From assembly GCA_012797845.1 (NCBI GenBank), contig JAAZOH010000004.1:1658-65657 (forward strand): DNA of 64,000 nt, read 5' to 3'. Position 1 is the stretch's first letter. Each line of letters opens with the position of its first letter. The position numbers were made by a program, and so were the translations under genes. The stretch is from Candidatus Beckwithbacteria bacterium. GTDB taxonomy: Bacteria > Patescibacteriota > Microgenomatia > UBA1400 > UBA1449. Shown in pieces: positions 46,730-56,562 of this stretch. The notes under the pieces were generated by a model, which saw only the letters and a list, made by a program, of their open reading frames with translations, did no database searches and was not told where the DNA came from.

Positions 46730-46802
46730 GTGTCATTCTGAGCAAAGCGAAGAATCTAATGATTTAAAAAAGATCTTTCGGGCGTTGCCCTCAAGATGAC
46801 AC
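46730..46802. repeat. Palindromic repeat family, copy H3 (hairpin).
   Basis: GTGTCATTCTGAGCAAAGCGAAGAATCT-aatgatttaaaaa-AGATCTTTCGGGCGTTGCCCTCAAGATGACAC. It ends 10 nt before the gltX ATG, and the RBS AAGGAAA abuts its right end. Confidence 0.7.
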
Positions 46803-46811
46803 AAGGAAATT

Positions 46812-48275
46812 ATGGTTCGAACTCGTGTAGCGCCATCACCAACCGGCTATCCCCATGTGGGTTCTCTCTATCAAGCATGGCTAGATTATGCTTTTGCCAA
46901 AAAACATGATGGTAAATTTTTAATTAGGATTGAGGATACTGACAGAACCAGGTTTGTTGCAGATGCTGAAGAAAAAATTTATGAAGGTTTGGATTGGGCA
47001 GGACTTACAGAAGATGAAAGCCCTCGTAAGCCTGGTGATGTTGGCCCTTATCGGCAATCGCAGCGTTTAGATATTTACAAAAAACATGCCCAAGAGCTGG
47101 TAGCTAAAGGTCATGCCTACTACTGTTTTTGTACTCCAGAGCGCTTAAATCAAGTCAGAACGGAAATGCAAAAAGTTGGCAAAGTGCCTATGTATGACAG
47201 ACATTGCCGTAATTTAAGCCCAGAAGAAGTACAGCAAAGAATCCAAGCAGGCGAAAAATACGTCATCCGTCTCAAAGTTCCAGACAATCAAACTATCAAA
47301 GTGCAAGATCTGATTCGTGGTGAAATAACATTTCATAGCAATGATGTGGATGATCAGGTTTTACTAAAATCTGATGGCTTTGCTACCTATCATTTAGCTT
47401 CAATGGTTGATGATCACCTGATGGGAATTACCCATGTAGTGCGGGGTGAAGAGTGGCTGCCCAGCAGTCCTAAACATATTTTGATCTACGATTTCTTTGG
47501 CTGGGAAAAACCAGTTTTTTTCCACACGCCAACCTTGCGCAATCCAGATAAAAGCAAACTGTCCAAACGTAAAGGTCATACCAATATTCTTTGGTATAAA
47601 GAGCAAGGGTTTTTACCTGAAGCTTTGATCAATTATCTGAGTCTCATGGGTTGGTCACATCCCGAAGAAAAAGATATTTTTAGCAAAGAAGAATTTATCA
47701 AGCTTTTTGACCTCAAAGATTTTTCACCAGCCGGACCAATTTTTGACGAAGTTAAACTGCGGTGGATGAATGGTAAATACATTCGGGAAGTGATATCTGA
47801 AGATGAGCTCTTTAATAAATTAAAGCAGTATTTAACATTACCAATTAGCGATGAAATACTTAAAAAAACTATTCCACTTATCAAAGAACGTCTAGAAGTT
47901 TTATCTGACATAAATGAACTGTTGAAATTTTTACTACCTGAGCAGGAGATAGATGTAGAACTTGTCAAAAAACAGAGCAATCAATCCAAGAATGACCAGT
48001 CTCTGACTGGAAAATCACCAGAAGAAATTAAGCAACTACTAACCGATTTAAAAACTGTTTTAGAAAACTTAGATACATGGGAGACAGGTGAGATCGAAAA
48101 AGTAATTCGAAACTTGAAAGGTAAGTATAAAGATTGGGGAGGCCGAGATTATTTCATGACTATTCGGGTAGCAACTACTGCTTTTCCAGTTACCCCGCCT
48201 CTTTTTGAGTCTATTGAAGTATTAGGAAAAGACTTGGTTTTGCAGCGGATTGAATCGGTGCTTCAGCGTTTATAA
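46812..48275 (+). CDS. gltX: Glutamyl-tRNA synthetase.
   Basis: RVAPSPTGYPHVGSL (HIGH), KLSKRKG (KMSKS variant), and the class-I GluRS catalytic core. Confidence 0.9.
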   Translation: MVRTRVAPSPTGYPHVGSLYQAWLDYAFAKKHDGKFLIRIEDTDRTRFVADAEEKIYEGLDWAGLTEDESPRKPGDVGPYRQSQRLDIYKKHAQELVAKGHAYYCFCTPERLNQVRTEMQKVGKVPMYDRHCRNLSPEEVQQRIQAGEKYVIRLKVPDNQTIKVQDLIRGEITFHSNDVDDQVLLKSDGFATYHLASMVDDHLMGITHVVRGEEWLPSSPKHILIYDFFGWEKPVFFHTPTLRNPDKSKLSKRKGHTNILWYKEQGFLPEALINYLSLMGWSHPEEKDIFSKEEFIKLFDLKDFSPAGPIFDEVKLRWMNGKYIREVISEDELFNKLKQYLTLPISDEILKKTIPLIKERLEVLSDINELLKFLLPEQEIDVELVKKQSNQSKNDQSLTGKSPEEIKQLLTDLKTVLENLDTWETGEIEKVIRNLKGKYKDWGGRDYFMTIRVATTAFPVTPPLFESIEVLGKDLVLQRIESVLQRL

Positions 48276-48329
48276 TTAGAGTCTTCTTTGTTAAAATAAA
48301 TTTACCTAAAATCAAAAATTCATCATAGT

Positions 48330-48869
48330 GTGAAAAATAAATATACTTTCCAAATCAATACCCCTTTTGATTTTTATTTATTTGCAGGTAGTTTGTATTT
48401 TTGTTTTTATTTATTATCATCTGGGAAATTTATTTACCTCATACTAAGCTTAGTTATTTATTTACTGGGTAGGCAATACAGAAAACATACAAAAAAAGCA
48501 AATAAAAATCCCCAATTTTCAGAAACTGGTATTTTTTTAATCACTCCTCTATTTTTAGCTTACCTACTTATTTTATTAGGGTTTGAAACTAGCATAACAG
48601 ACTATTTGCCAGATAAGCTAATTACAGGTTCTGGTTTAATTTTCCTGATGGCAATCTTTTTGATACCAAAGTTATATATAAAAAATCAACGCCTCTTAAA
48701 CTTAATAAGCTTGTTTCTTTTTATCTTCACTATTTTATTGCTGATTATTTATCAAAATAGAATTAACAATTTACTTCTTATCAATCCTTGGATTGCCAAA
48801 ATGATAGTTGGGAGTCCTTTAGTCTACTTATTTACTGTAATTACAGGAATAGATTTTTCTAAAGACTGA
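48330..48869 (+). CDS. Hypothetical polytopic membrane protein (very AT-rich).
   Basis: 179 aa with 5-6 hydrophobic helices. It is flanked by roughly 30 bp imperfect direct repeats at 48269-48300 and 48926-48955. Confidence 0.4.
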   Translation: MKNKYTFQINTPFDFYLFAGSLYFCFYLLSSGKFIYLILSLVIYLLGRQYRKHTKKANKNPQFSETGIFLITPLFLAYLLILLGFETSITDYLPDKLITGSGLIFLMAIFLIPKLYIKNQRLLNLISLFLFIFTILLLIIYQNRINNLLLINPWIAKMIVGSPLVYLFTVITGIDFSKD

Positions 48870-48972
48870 TTTGAAAAATAGATTGAAATATTTTTTGTTG
48901 GAAAAAATAAATTAGTGCCTCAACATTTATAATTAAGTTCTTCTCTGTTACAATACCTTGAAATAGTTACAT

Positions 48973-49443
48973 ATGAATATTAATATTCCTAGCTCTTTTA
49001 TTGTTCCAGAAGAATTAAAAACAAAATATTTTTTAATTCGCAAATTAACTACAAAAGATGTCTATCTAGACTACATGACTATCATGTCGAGTATAGATAT
49101 TATTAAAAAAACAAGAGGGGGTTCTTGGCCAAGCAAAGACCTAACGATAGAAGATGATCTAATAGATTTGGGTTGGCATCAAAGAGAATTTGAACACAAG
49201 TCGTCTTTTGTCTTTACTGTATTTAACCCTCAAAATACAGAATGTTTAGGGTGTTTTTATTTTTATCCAGCTGGTTATAGAAAAAAGGTTGATGAAAGTT
49301 ATGATGTTGATGTAAGTTTTTGGGTCACACAGGAAGCTTATGACCAAGGGTTGTATGAAATACTTTATAAAACTATTCAAGAATTTCTAAAGCAATGGCC
49401 ATTTAAAAAGCCTTTTTGGAGTAACGAAATAATACCTGACTAA
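48973..49443 (+). CDS. Hypothetical protein (possibly acyl-CoA N-acyltransferase fold).
   Basis: 156 aa AT-rich ORF ending 7 nt before tRNA-Gln. No firm motif. Confidence 0.35.
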   Translation: MNINIPSSFIVPEELKTKYFLIRKLTTKDVYLDYMTIMSSIDIIKKTRGGSWPSKDLTIEDDLIDLGWHQREFEHKSSFVFTVFNPQNTECLGCFYFYPAGYRKKVDESYDVDVSFWVTQEAYDQGLYEILYKTIQEFLKQWPFKKPFWSNEIIPD

Positions 49444-49450
49444 AAAATAT

Positions 49451-49521
49451 TGCGGGATCGGCTAATGGTAGGCCACATGACTCTGAATCATGTAATCTTG
49501 GTTCGAACCCAAGTCCCGCAG
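49451..49521 (+). tRNA. tRNA-Gln (anticodon CUG).
   Basis: TGCGGGATCGGCTAATGGTAGGCCACATGACTCTGAATCATGTAATCTTGGTTCGAACCCAAGTCCCGCAG. The acceptor TGCGGGA/TCCCGCA pairs as U1-A72. The anticodon arm is CATGA-CTCTGAA-TCATG and the T-arm CTTGG-TTCGAAC-CCAAG. CCA is not encoded. Confidence 0.8.
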
Positions 49522-49659
49522 CTGTTCGACTCACTTAAAATCAACTATTCTTATTCCTATAATAAAAGAATATTCATAACCTCTCGCTATCTGCTTTCCT
49601 TTTTGATAGAATTTTATTGAAAATTCCATTTTTAAATTATAACCTATAATGGAGGTACT

Positions 49660-50568
49660 ATGAGAATTATTATTATAAGCTCCAAATCTGGATTTTTACC
49701 CCAACAAATAGAGGCTATGAAAAATACGGCGAAGGTAATTTTTGTTGTAGAAAAACCAGATTTTAAATCTTCCTATTTTAACGACCAAGAAGAAAAAGTA
49801 ATTGCTTTAGGACCAGAACAATTAGATTGGAAATTTCCCCAAGAAGTTTGGGAAAAAATTCCCAATCTAAAGGCTGTTTGTGTTCCTACTACTGGTTTTG
49901 ATTGGGTGGATGGTAGGGCTATGAAAAAAGCAGGAATTGTTCTTACTAATGTGCCTAAATACTCAACAGAATCTGTAGCTGAGTATGCAATTTCGTTGAT
50001 GTTTAATGTTTCTAAAAAACTTCCATTAGTTTTAAAAAATAATTGGAAAATAGACTATAGCAAACATCAGGGTTGGGAAATTAAAGGGAAAATAATGGGT
50101 GTTATTGGTCTTGGTTCGATCGGTGCTCGCATAGCTGAGCTTGGCCAACAAATGGGCATGAAAGTTATTTATTGGTCTAGAGAAGCCCGTGATAGTCGTT
50201 TTAAATATCATAGCCTTAATGAAGTGCTTAGAAAGGCTGATTATATTTTTCCAGCTTTGGCAAGGAATAAAGAGACAAAAGGCTTGCTTGATAAAAGCAA
50301 ACTTAATCAAATGAAAAAAGATTCCTTTATTGTAAGTATTACTGGCGATGATATTTTTGATTTACAATATGCTATCCAATTAGTTCACAAAGGTAGACTG
50401 GCTGGAATTGCTTTAGAATCAGAAAAAGAAACAGTTCAAAATTATGAAGGTAATATTTGGATTACTCCTCCTATAGCTTGGTTTACTAAAGAAGCTTTTG
50501 CAGAAGATATAAAAATTTGGACAAAACACTCATTGCTTGTGCAAAAGGAAAAGCAATTAATAAAGTAA
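49660..50568 (+). CDS. D-isomer-specific 2-hydroxyacid dehydrogenase family protein.
   Basis: NAD-binding GVIGLGSIGARIA-x-LG motif and the catalytic domain with a conserved Arg/Glu/His context. Confidence 0.8.
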   Translation: MRIIIISSKSGFLPQQIEAMKNTAKVIFVVEKPDFKSSYFNDQEEKVIALGPEQLDWKFPQEVWEKIPNLKAVCVPTTGFDWVDGRAMKKAGIVLTNVPKYSTESVAEYAISLMFNVSKKLPLVLKNNWKIDYSKHQGWEIKGKIMGVIGLGSIGARIAELGQQMGMKVIYWSREARDSRFKYHSLNEVLRKADYIFPALARNKETKGLLDKSKLNQMKKDSFIVSITGDDIFDLQYAIQLVHKGRLAGIALESEKETVQNYEGNIWITPPIAWFTKEAFAEDIKIWTKHSLLVQKEKQLIK

Positions 50569-50675
50569 ATTGATATATTTATAGTCAAAACAATCTTTTG
50601 TTATCAATCTCAAATTATATAGAGCGAACTGTTCAGAGCAGGTTTACAACCTGCCCTGGTAAGTAGTAATTCCAT

Positions 50676-51383
50676 ATGGTCAACAAGGCGCGAAAAGCAA
50701 CACAAGATTATCACAACGATCTTTATGTAAAACACACTCTTTTTCAAAAAGGTGCTTCATGGCTAGAGAAACCAAATAATGAAATCATTGATATTTATAA
50801 AAAATATTTCAACAAACGAAAAAGCATCAATATATTAGATTTAGGCTCAGGTGTTGGAAGAAATGCGATTCCTCTGGCAAGGTTATTAAAAAATAAAAGT
50901 AGCAATATTTATTGCGTTGACTATTTAGAAATTGCCATCAATAAACTTAATAAGTATGCTAAAGATTATGGTGTTGCAGATAAATTAAATGGTTTTATTT
51001 CTCCGGTAGAGAATTATAAGATACAAATTAATTTCTATGATTATATTATTGCCCATAGTGTTTTAACACACACTAGAAGTAAAGAAATAATGTTTCAAGT
51101 GATAGATAATATGATCAAGGGCACAAAAAACAACGGTATTATTTATATCCATGAAATTACTAATCCTCAAATGTTTGATATAAAGAGTAAACAACAAATT
51201 GATCCTGATGCTGAAATAGATATAAGTTATGAGGAATTCGAAGACAGGCTTATGCAGGTGTTTAGTGATTGGGAAATCTTTACATTAAGCAAAAATCCAT
51301 ATCGAGAGGAGTATCTAAAAGATGGCAAAAAAGTAATTTGGCAGTGTGACTACCTTTCATTTATCGCAAGAAAAAAGCATTAA
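50676..51383 (+). CDS. Class I SAM-dependent methyltransferase.
   Basis: Motif I ILDLGSGVGRNAIPLA and the post-I acidic residue (CVDYLE). Confidence 0.65.
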   Translation: MVNKARKATQDYHNDLYVKHTLFQKGASWLEKPNNEIIDIYKKYFNKRKSINILDLGSGVGRNAIPLARLLKNKSSNIYCVDYLEIAINKLNKYAKDYGVADKLNGFISPVENYKIQINFYDYIIAHSVLTHTRSKEIMFQVIDNMIKGTKNNGIIYIHEITNPQMFDIKSKQQIDPDAEIDISYEEFEDRLMQVFSDWEIFTLSKNPYREEYLKDGKKVIWQCDYLSFIARKKH

Positions 51384-51410
51384 TTTACAATTTTTTAGTT
51401 AGTTTGGTAA

Positions 51411-52202
51411 CTATGATGTTTTGATAATCCTCAGCATCTCCTCATGCAACAAGCCATTGGTAGCTAAAGACGTTCCACCTAAACCCAACGTATTACCTTC
51501 AAAATCCGAATACTTACCGCCGGCTTGAGGAATGATGATTTGAAAAGCAGAAACATCCCAAGCTTTAGGACCAATCTCAAAAAAGACATCGCTTCTGCCA
51601 GTAGCAACCAGGTGATACCCATACACATCACCAAAACCTCTCATATTAAGACTTCTGGCACTTATGGCTTTGGCAATATTGACCATTTTGGGATTGTCAA
51701 ATTTACTGGGATTAAAATTTACAAAAGCACTTTCGAGATCGGGTATTTTGGAGACATAAGCCCGTTTGCCATTTAAGGTAGTTGGTTCAGTTTTAGAAGC
51801 ATATAAAAGTTCGCCTGCCACCGGCATATTGGAAATGCCCATTACAATTTTGTTTTGATATTTTAAACCCAAAATCGTGCCAAAAAACTCTAAACCATGA
51901 ATAAAGTTTTTAGTGCCATCTATGGGATCAATGATCCAAGTAAACTCAGCCTTCTCATTATCACTGCCAAATTCTTCGCCCATAAAACCATGAGAAGGAA
52001 AGGCCTTTTTGATTGTGTCTATAATGACTGCTTCAGCTTCTTGATCAGCTTGAGTTACGGGAGTATTGTCAATTTTCGTTTCGATATGAGGCAAATTTTG
52101 AAAATATTTTAAAATGATAGTTTCGGCTTTAGCAACTGCGTCTAGGGCAACTTTTTTAAACTGCTTAAAATCATTCATGGCTTCATTGTAGCAAATTAGC
52201 AT
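51411..52202 (-). CDS. Inositol monophosphatase / SuhB family phosphatase.
   Basis: MGEEFG, WIIDPIDGTKNFIHG and the WDVSA motifs of the IMPase family. The true start may be the Met at about 52178. Confidence 0.8.
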   Translation of the reverse strand: MLICYNEAMNDFKQFKKVALDAVAKAETIILKYFQNLPHIETKIDNTPVTQADQEAEAVIIDTIKKAFPSHGFMGEEFGSDNEKAEFTWIIDPIDGTKNFIHGLEFFGTILGLKYQNKIVMGISNMPVAGELLYASKTEPTTLNGKRAYVSKIPDLESAFVNFNPSKFDNPKMVNIAKAISARSLNMRGFGDVYGYHLVATGRSDVFFEIGPKAWDVSAFQIIIPQAGGKYSDFEGNTLGLGGTSLATNGLLHEEMLRIIKTS

Positions 52203-52259
52203 TATTTATTTGTAAAAATGCAATGATTGAAGAGCTATTTTATTTAGTTCATAATAATT

Positions 52260-53783
52260 TTGTTACAGATTAAAAGGAGCTGTGTGTATATCAATCTCAA
52301 TACTTATTTAATTGACGGAATGCTTAGTGAATGGACCGGTGAGTTCCAAGAAGTTGTCAGCTATATCACACCTACTCCCGATACCGAAGCTCAGGTCATA
52401 GGTAAATATCCTTTGCTCGATGAAGAGGCCGCCTTAAGCGTTTTAGATAGTTCGCTCAAAGCGTATGATTTAGGTTTGGGTCAGTGGCCTACAATGCATC
52501 CGCTCAAGCGGTGTGAAAAAGTTTCTCATTTTGTTCAGCTGATGAAGGGAAAGCGGGATGAAGTGGCTCATATTTTGATGGCTGAAATTGGTAAAACCAA
52601 AACTGATGCCTACAGTGAATTTGACCGGACAGTTGAATATATCGAAGCGACAGTAGACTTTTATCGCTCCAAAATGCAAAAACTGAGTCAGCCTTCCAAA
52701 AAAGGAGGTATCACTGCCAAAATCATGTCAGCGCCCAGGGGTATTGCTTTGTGTATGGGGCCATACAATTATCCTCTCAACGAAACTCTGACGATTATTA
52801 TTCCGGCTTTGCTGACTGGTAATGTTGTGATTTTCAAACCGCCTCGAATTGGAGTGCTTTTACATGCTCCAATTTTGGAAGCTTTTGCTGAGGCTTTTCC
52901 GGCTGGAGTAGTCAATACGGTTTTTGGTGAAGGTCAAAAAGTGATTACTCCCATTATGCAATCTGGTAAGGTTGATGTGATGGCTTTTATTGGCTCAGCC
53001 AAAGTGGCCGATGCTATCCGTAACCAACATCCGTTTCCTCATCGCCTACATGCTATTTTAGGTTTGGAGGCTAAAAATCCGGCTATCATTATGGAAGACG
53101 CGGATTTAGAAGTAGCCAGCAATGAATGTTTGGGTGGTGCTTTGTCTTTCAATGGCCAGCGCTGCACGGCTCTGAAAAATATTTTTGTACCCCGATCCAA
53201 AGCCGATGAATTTGTGCAGCTTTTGGCTCATAAAGTTGATCAACTTAAATTAGGAGCTCCACAAGAAGATGGTGTCAAATTGACACCTTTACCAGAAATG
53301 AGCCGGGTTGAATATTTGCAAGAACTAGTGAATGATGCAGTTGCTAAAGGGGCCCGAGTTGTTAATCAAAATTATGGGGTCAAAGGCGGTACCTATTATT
53401 TTCCGGCAGTTTTGTTTCCAGTGCCGATTGAGGCCCGGATTGCCCACGAAGAACAATTTGGGCCGGTAATTCCAGTCATGATTTATGATGATTTGAGCGA
53501 GGTGATCAATTTCGTGACCCATTCGCACTATGGCCAGCAGGCCAGTATTTTTACTCAAAATAAAGAAACGGTGAATAAAATGATCGACACTTTGTCTCAT
53601 CAAGTTTCCAGAATCAATATTAATTCTCAGTGCCAAAGAGGTCCGGATAACCTACCTTTTACTGGTCGCAAAGATTCGGCTCAAGGTGTTTTGTCGATTC
53701 GGGAAGCTTTGCGGGCTTTTAGTTTACCTTTGGTTGTGGCTGGAAAAACCAATGAGCTAAATGAAGCCTTGATTTGTAGCTAA
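52260..53783 (+). CDS. Aldehyde dehydrogenase, GapN-like (non-phosphorylating).
   Basis: FKPP, the GLEAKNPAII glutamate region, and catalytic Cys in NGQRCTALK. A likely GTG start at about 52286 lies 7 nt after the RBS AAAAGGAG, so the ORF-track ATG at 52260 may be too early. Confidence 0.8.
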   Translation: MLQIKRSCVYINLNTYLIDGMLSEWTGEFQEVVSYITPTPDTEAQVIGKYPLLDEEAALSVLDSSLKAYDLGLGQWPTMHPLKRCEKVSHFVQLMKGKRDEVAHILMAEIGKTKTDAYSEFDRTVEYIEATVDFYRSKMQKLSQPSKKGGITAKIMSAPRGIALCMGPYNYPLNETLTIIIPALLTGNVVIFKPPRIGVLLHAPILEAFAEAFPAGVVNTVFGEGQKVITPIMQSGKVDVMAFIGSAKVADAIRNQHPFPHRLHAILGLEAKNPAIIMEDADLEVASNECLGGALSFNGQRCTALKNIFVPRSKADEFVQLLAHKVDQLKLGAPQEDGVKLTPLPEMSRVEYLQELVNDAVAKGARVVNQNYGVKGGTYYFPAVLFPVPIEARIAHEEQFGPVIPVMIYDDLSEVINFVTHSHYGQQASIFTQNKETVNKMIDTLSHQVSRININSQCQRGPDNLPFTGRKDSAQGVLSIREALRAFSLPLVVAGKTNELNEALICS

Positions 53784-53867
53784 TCTTTCTCTTCTGTGTT
53801 AAATCCTAAGTAGTAAGGGATTATTCTCAATTTTAAATTTTCTTAGTATACTAAACATAATTTTTGC

Positions 53868-54335
53868 ATGACCAATCTTATTCAGACTATTACCTATATT
53901 GTTCAGCATAGCAACGAGCTTAAAAATCATTTTACTAGTGTAAGTTCGGCCCCAATAGAATTTGCTTGTATCTTTTGCCAAACAGATGAGGAATATCAAA
54001 ACTATACGCAGGAAATAAAATTATTAGGTAAAATTGTGGAAACTACTCCTACCGGCTATACCTATTTACTACAAAAGCCGATTTCTACTGTTGCAGGTTT
54101 TTTAAGACTGATAAAAATTCGCAAACCTGATCCAAACAGACCAGAACGAGGTGATGCTGATTTTAATACTAATTACTCAGAGTTTAAGAAACGATATAAA
54201 CATATATCTGGTTTTGAATTAGTTAAAAGAAACAGTTTTGAAATGCTGCGACTGAGCAGTCCGGATTTTGATGTGATGGCTTGTTTTTCTAACATTCCTA
54301 AAAGTAAAAGTTTAGGAATTAAAACTGCTACATAA
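53868..54335 (+). CDS. Hypothetical protein.
   Basis: 155 aa ORF, no recognised motif. Confidence 0.4.
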   Translation: MTNLIQTITYIVQHSNELKNHFTSVSSAPIEFACIFCQTDEEYQNYTQEIKLLGKIVETTPTGYTYLLQKPISTVAGFLRLIKIRKPDPNRPERGDADFNTNYSEFKKRYKHISGFELVKRNSFEMLRLSSPDFDVMACFSNIPKSKSLGIKTAT

Positions 54336-54342
54336 TTTATAT

Positions 54343-54579
54343 ATGAGAGAAGAAAGAGGTGATCTTTCAGTTTTAGAAGCGGCTGATAAAATGTCTCTTG
54401 CTCAAAGACTTATAGAGGCGGGAGTGAAGTGTGATAACAAAGAATTAATAAAAATTGGTAGAAAGAGAATGAGAGAAGTTTGGCCAAAGGAAGTAGCAGA
54501 TCTTTTTGTTAAAGCTTACAAATCTCAGATCGAAGAAGAAATTTTAGGAACTCAAACTACTTCCAAAGATGAAATCTAA
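54343..54579 (+). CDS. Small hypothetical protein.
   Basis: 78 aa charged ORF immediately downstream of the previous gene. Confidence 0.3.
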   Translation: MREERGDLSVLEAADKMSLAQRLIEAGVKCDNKELIKIGRKRMREVWPKEVADLFVKAYKSQIEEEILGTQTTSKDEI

Positions 54580-54606
54580 AAATCAAGCTATAATAGTGAA
54601 ATATCT

Positions 54607-55506
54607 ATGCTTTCTCAAAAAACTGATAAAGAGCGAGGAATTTTGGCACTTATCGTTTTAGCAATCGTATTTGCTTCCATGGGGCTGTTTGCCCGCTATT
54701 TAGCAACTGGTTTTCTACTTTTTCAGCAGGTGTATTTGCGGATGTTGGCTGCCTTTGTGATTGGAATTTTGGTTTTTGGCAAACATATTCAGCTGGCAAA
54801 ATTTAGGTTACTTAGTAAAAAGGATTGGGCACTTATTTTTTTGCGGGCTATTTCTTATGCTTTGTTTGGGATCATTCTCTACACCCAAGCAATTATTATC
54901 ACCAAATACAGCAACGTTTCTTTTATTGGCTCGTTACCAACCACGGCAGTTTTTGGCTTTATTTTGCTGAAAGAAAAATTAAGTATCAAAAAATTTGTAC
55001 TGGTTTTGCTGGCTTTTGCTGGAGTGGTTTTGATTTCGGTACAGGATTTTAGTAATTTATTGAGTTGGGGTAGAGGTGAAGTTTTGACGCTAATTTCTAT
55101 AATCTTTTTCTCATTGAGCTATATTGCTAGAAAATGGCAATCGGATACTTTAAACAACTATGAGCTGACGGTCATAAATTTTCTGGTGGCTTTTGTGATC
55201 GTGTTTTTGGTTTCTCTAGTCAAAGGTGATGGCTTGCCAGTAGCTAATTGGAATATGAGTCTAGTGCTGATGGTAATTGGAGCTGGAATTTTTAATATTG
55301 CCAATGTCTTTTTGACCAACTATGGTTTTCAAAGAGTTGAGGCAGTTTTGGCCAGCAATATTCTGATGCTGGAATCATGTTTTGCAGTAGTGTTTGGCTT
55401 TGTGTTTTACCAGGAAATTCCACTGGCTAAAGAATTTCTAGGAGGTCTGATCATCATTGCTAGTGTGATTGCGATGAATAAAACAGAGTCTAGGGAAGGG
55501 AAATAG
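54607..55506 (+). CDS. EamA/DMT-superfamily transporter.
   Basis: 10 TM helices in two 5-TM halves, typical of DMT/EamA. Confidence 0.65.
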   Translation: MLSQKTDKERGILALIVLAIVFASMGLFARYLATGFLLFQQVYLRMLAAFVIGILVFGKHIQLAKFRLLSKKDWALIFLRAISYALFGIILYTQAIIITKYSNVSFIGSLPTTAVFGFILLKEKLSIKKFVLVLLAFAGVVLISVQDFSNLLSWGRGEVLTLISIIFFSLSYIARKWQSDTLNNYELTVINFLVAFVIVFLVSLVKGDGLPVANWNMSLVLMVIGAGIFNIANVFLTNYGFQRVEAVLASNILMLESCFAVVFGFVFYQEIPLAKEFLGGLIIIASVIAMNKTESREGK

Positions 55507-55546
55507 TTTTTCGAATCAGATTAAACCTGATATTATTGAAATAAAT

Positions 55547-56242
55547 ATGAAATTGGCATTATTACTACCAGGATATTTAGATTCTCCAGATTATCTTCAT
55601 ATGCTGACTTTTGAAAAAAGGCTTAAAGAGTTAGGCTATGCTGTAGAGCGGCTTGACCCCTGCAATCTTTGGAAAACCGGAGACATTTCTAATTATTCAA
55701 TAACAAATTTGCTTAAACAAATTAAAGAAAGAATTACTTTTTATAAGTCTCAACAGCCAACAGAAATTATTTTGATAGGTCATAGTATGGGTGGTTTTAC
55801 AGCAATAATTGCTGGAAATAGAATAAAAGAAATCACTAAAATAGTTACTCTTTGTCCGCCGCCAAACAGATATGGTTCAAAATCAGAATGGGAAAAAAAC
55901 GGTGGGTTTAGATGTTCGGAAAGAGATTTACCAAATGATCCTCAAAAGGTTAGAACATTCAATGTTCCATATTCATTTGCCAAGGATGGTTTGCAATATT
56001 CTGCATCCAAAGAAGTTAAGATGATAAACAAACCCTTAATGATATTTATTGCCCTAGAAGATACGGTTGTTCCCCCAAGCCAAACGGAAGAAATTGTGGC
56101 CAATGCCCAAAATCCATATGTGGTGAGGCAAGAAAATATGGGGCACGATTTTAGGTATTCTCAAAAAGAATGTGATTTGGTGATGAAAGAAATTGAAAAG
56201 TTCTTAATTAAATCAAGTGAAATGCAAGTACTGCCCAAATAA
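55547..56242 (+). CDS. Alpha/beta-hydrolase fold protein.
   Basis: Nucleophile elbow GHSMGG and downstream Asp/His candidates (EDTVVPP, GHDF). Confidence 0.6.
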   Translation: MKLALLLPGYLDSPDYLHMLTFEKRLKELGYAVERLDPCNLWKTGDISNYSITNLLKQIKERITFYKSQQPTEIILIGHSMGGFTAIIAGNRIKEITKIVTLCPPPNRYGSKSEWEKNGGFRCSERDLPNDPQKVRTFNVPYSFAKDGLQYSASKEVKMINKPLMIFIALEDTVVPPSQTEEIVANAQNPYVVRQENMGHDFRYSQKECDLVMKEIEKFLIKSSEMQVLPK

Positions 56243-56558
56243 ATGGAGTTAACATAAATAATCCTAAAATAATATATAAAACACCTAAAAATTTAGCTGA
56301 AGAACCATAATATGATTCTGATTCTCTAGGAAATATTCTTGGATAAATAAAAGGCGAGAACGATCCATGAAGAATAGATTTAATAATAGTTATTTTTTTT
56401 GAATAAGCATAGTTGCCTTCGTCATCACGCCAAATAACTGTTTGTTCTGCAATGATTGATTTTATGCCATATATTAAAACTAATAGAGATATAAACCCAT
56501 AAACAAACACAATTATTTTTGCTAAACCAGACATTAGTTCAATAGACGTTTCCATCAT
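56208..56558 (-). CDS. Small membrane protein.
   Basis: Start set at the internal Met (MMETSIEL), 4 nt after the upstream stop. 3 TM segments. Confidence 0.35.
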   Translation of the reverse strand: MMETSIELMSGLAKIIVFVYGFISLLVLIYGIKSIIAEQTVIWRDDEGNYAYSKKITIIKSILHGSFSPFIYPRIFPRESESYYGSSAKFLGVLYIILGLFMLTPFIWAVLAFHLI

Positions 56559-56562
56559 AATT

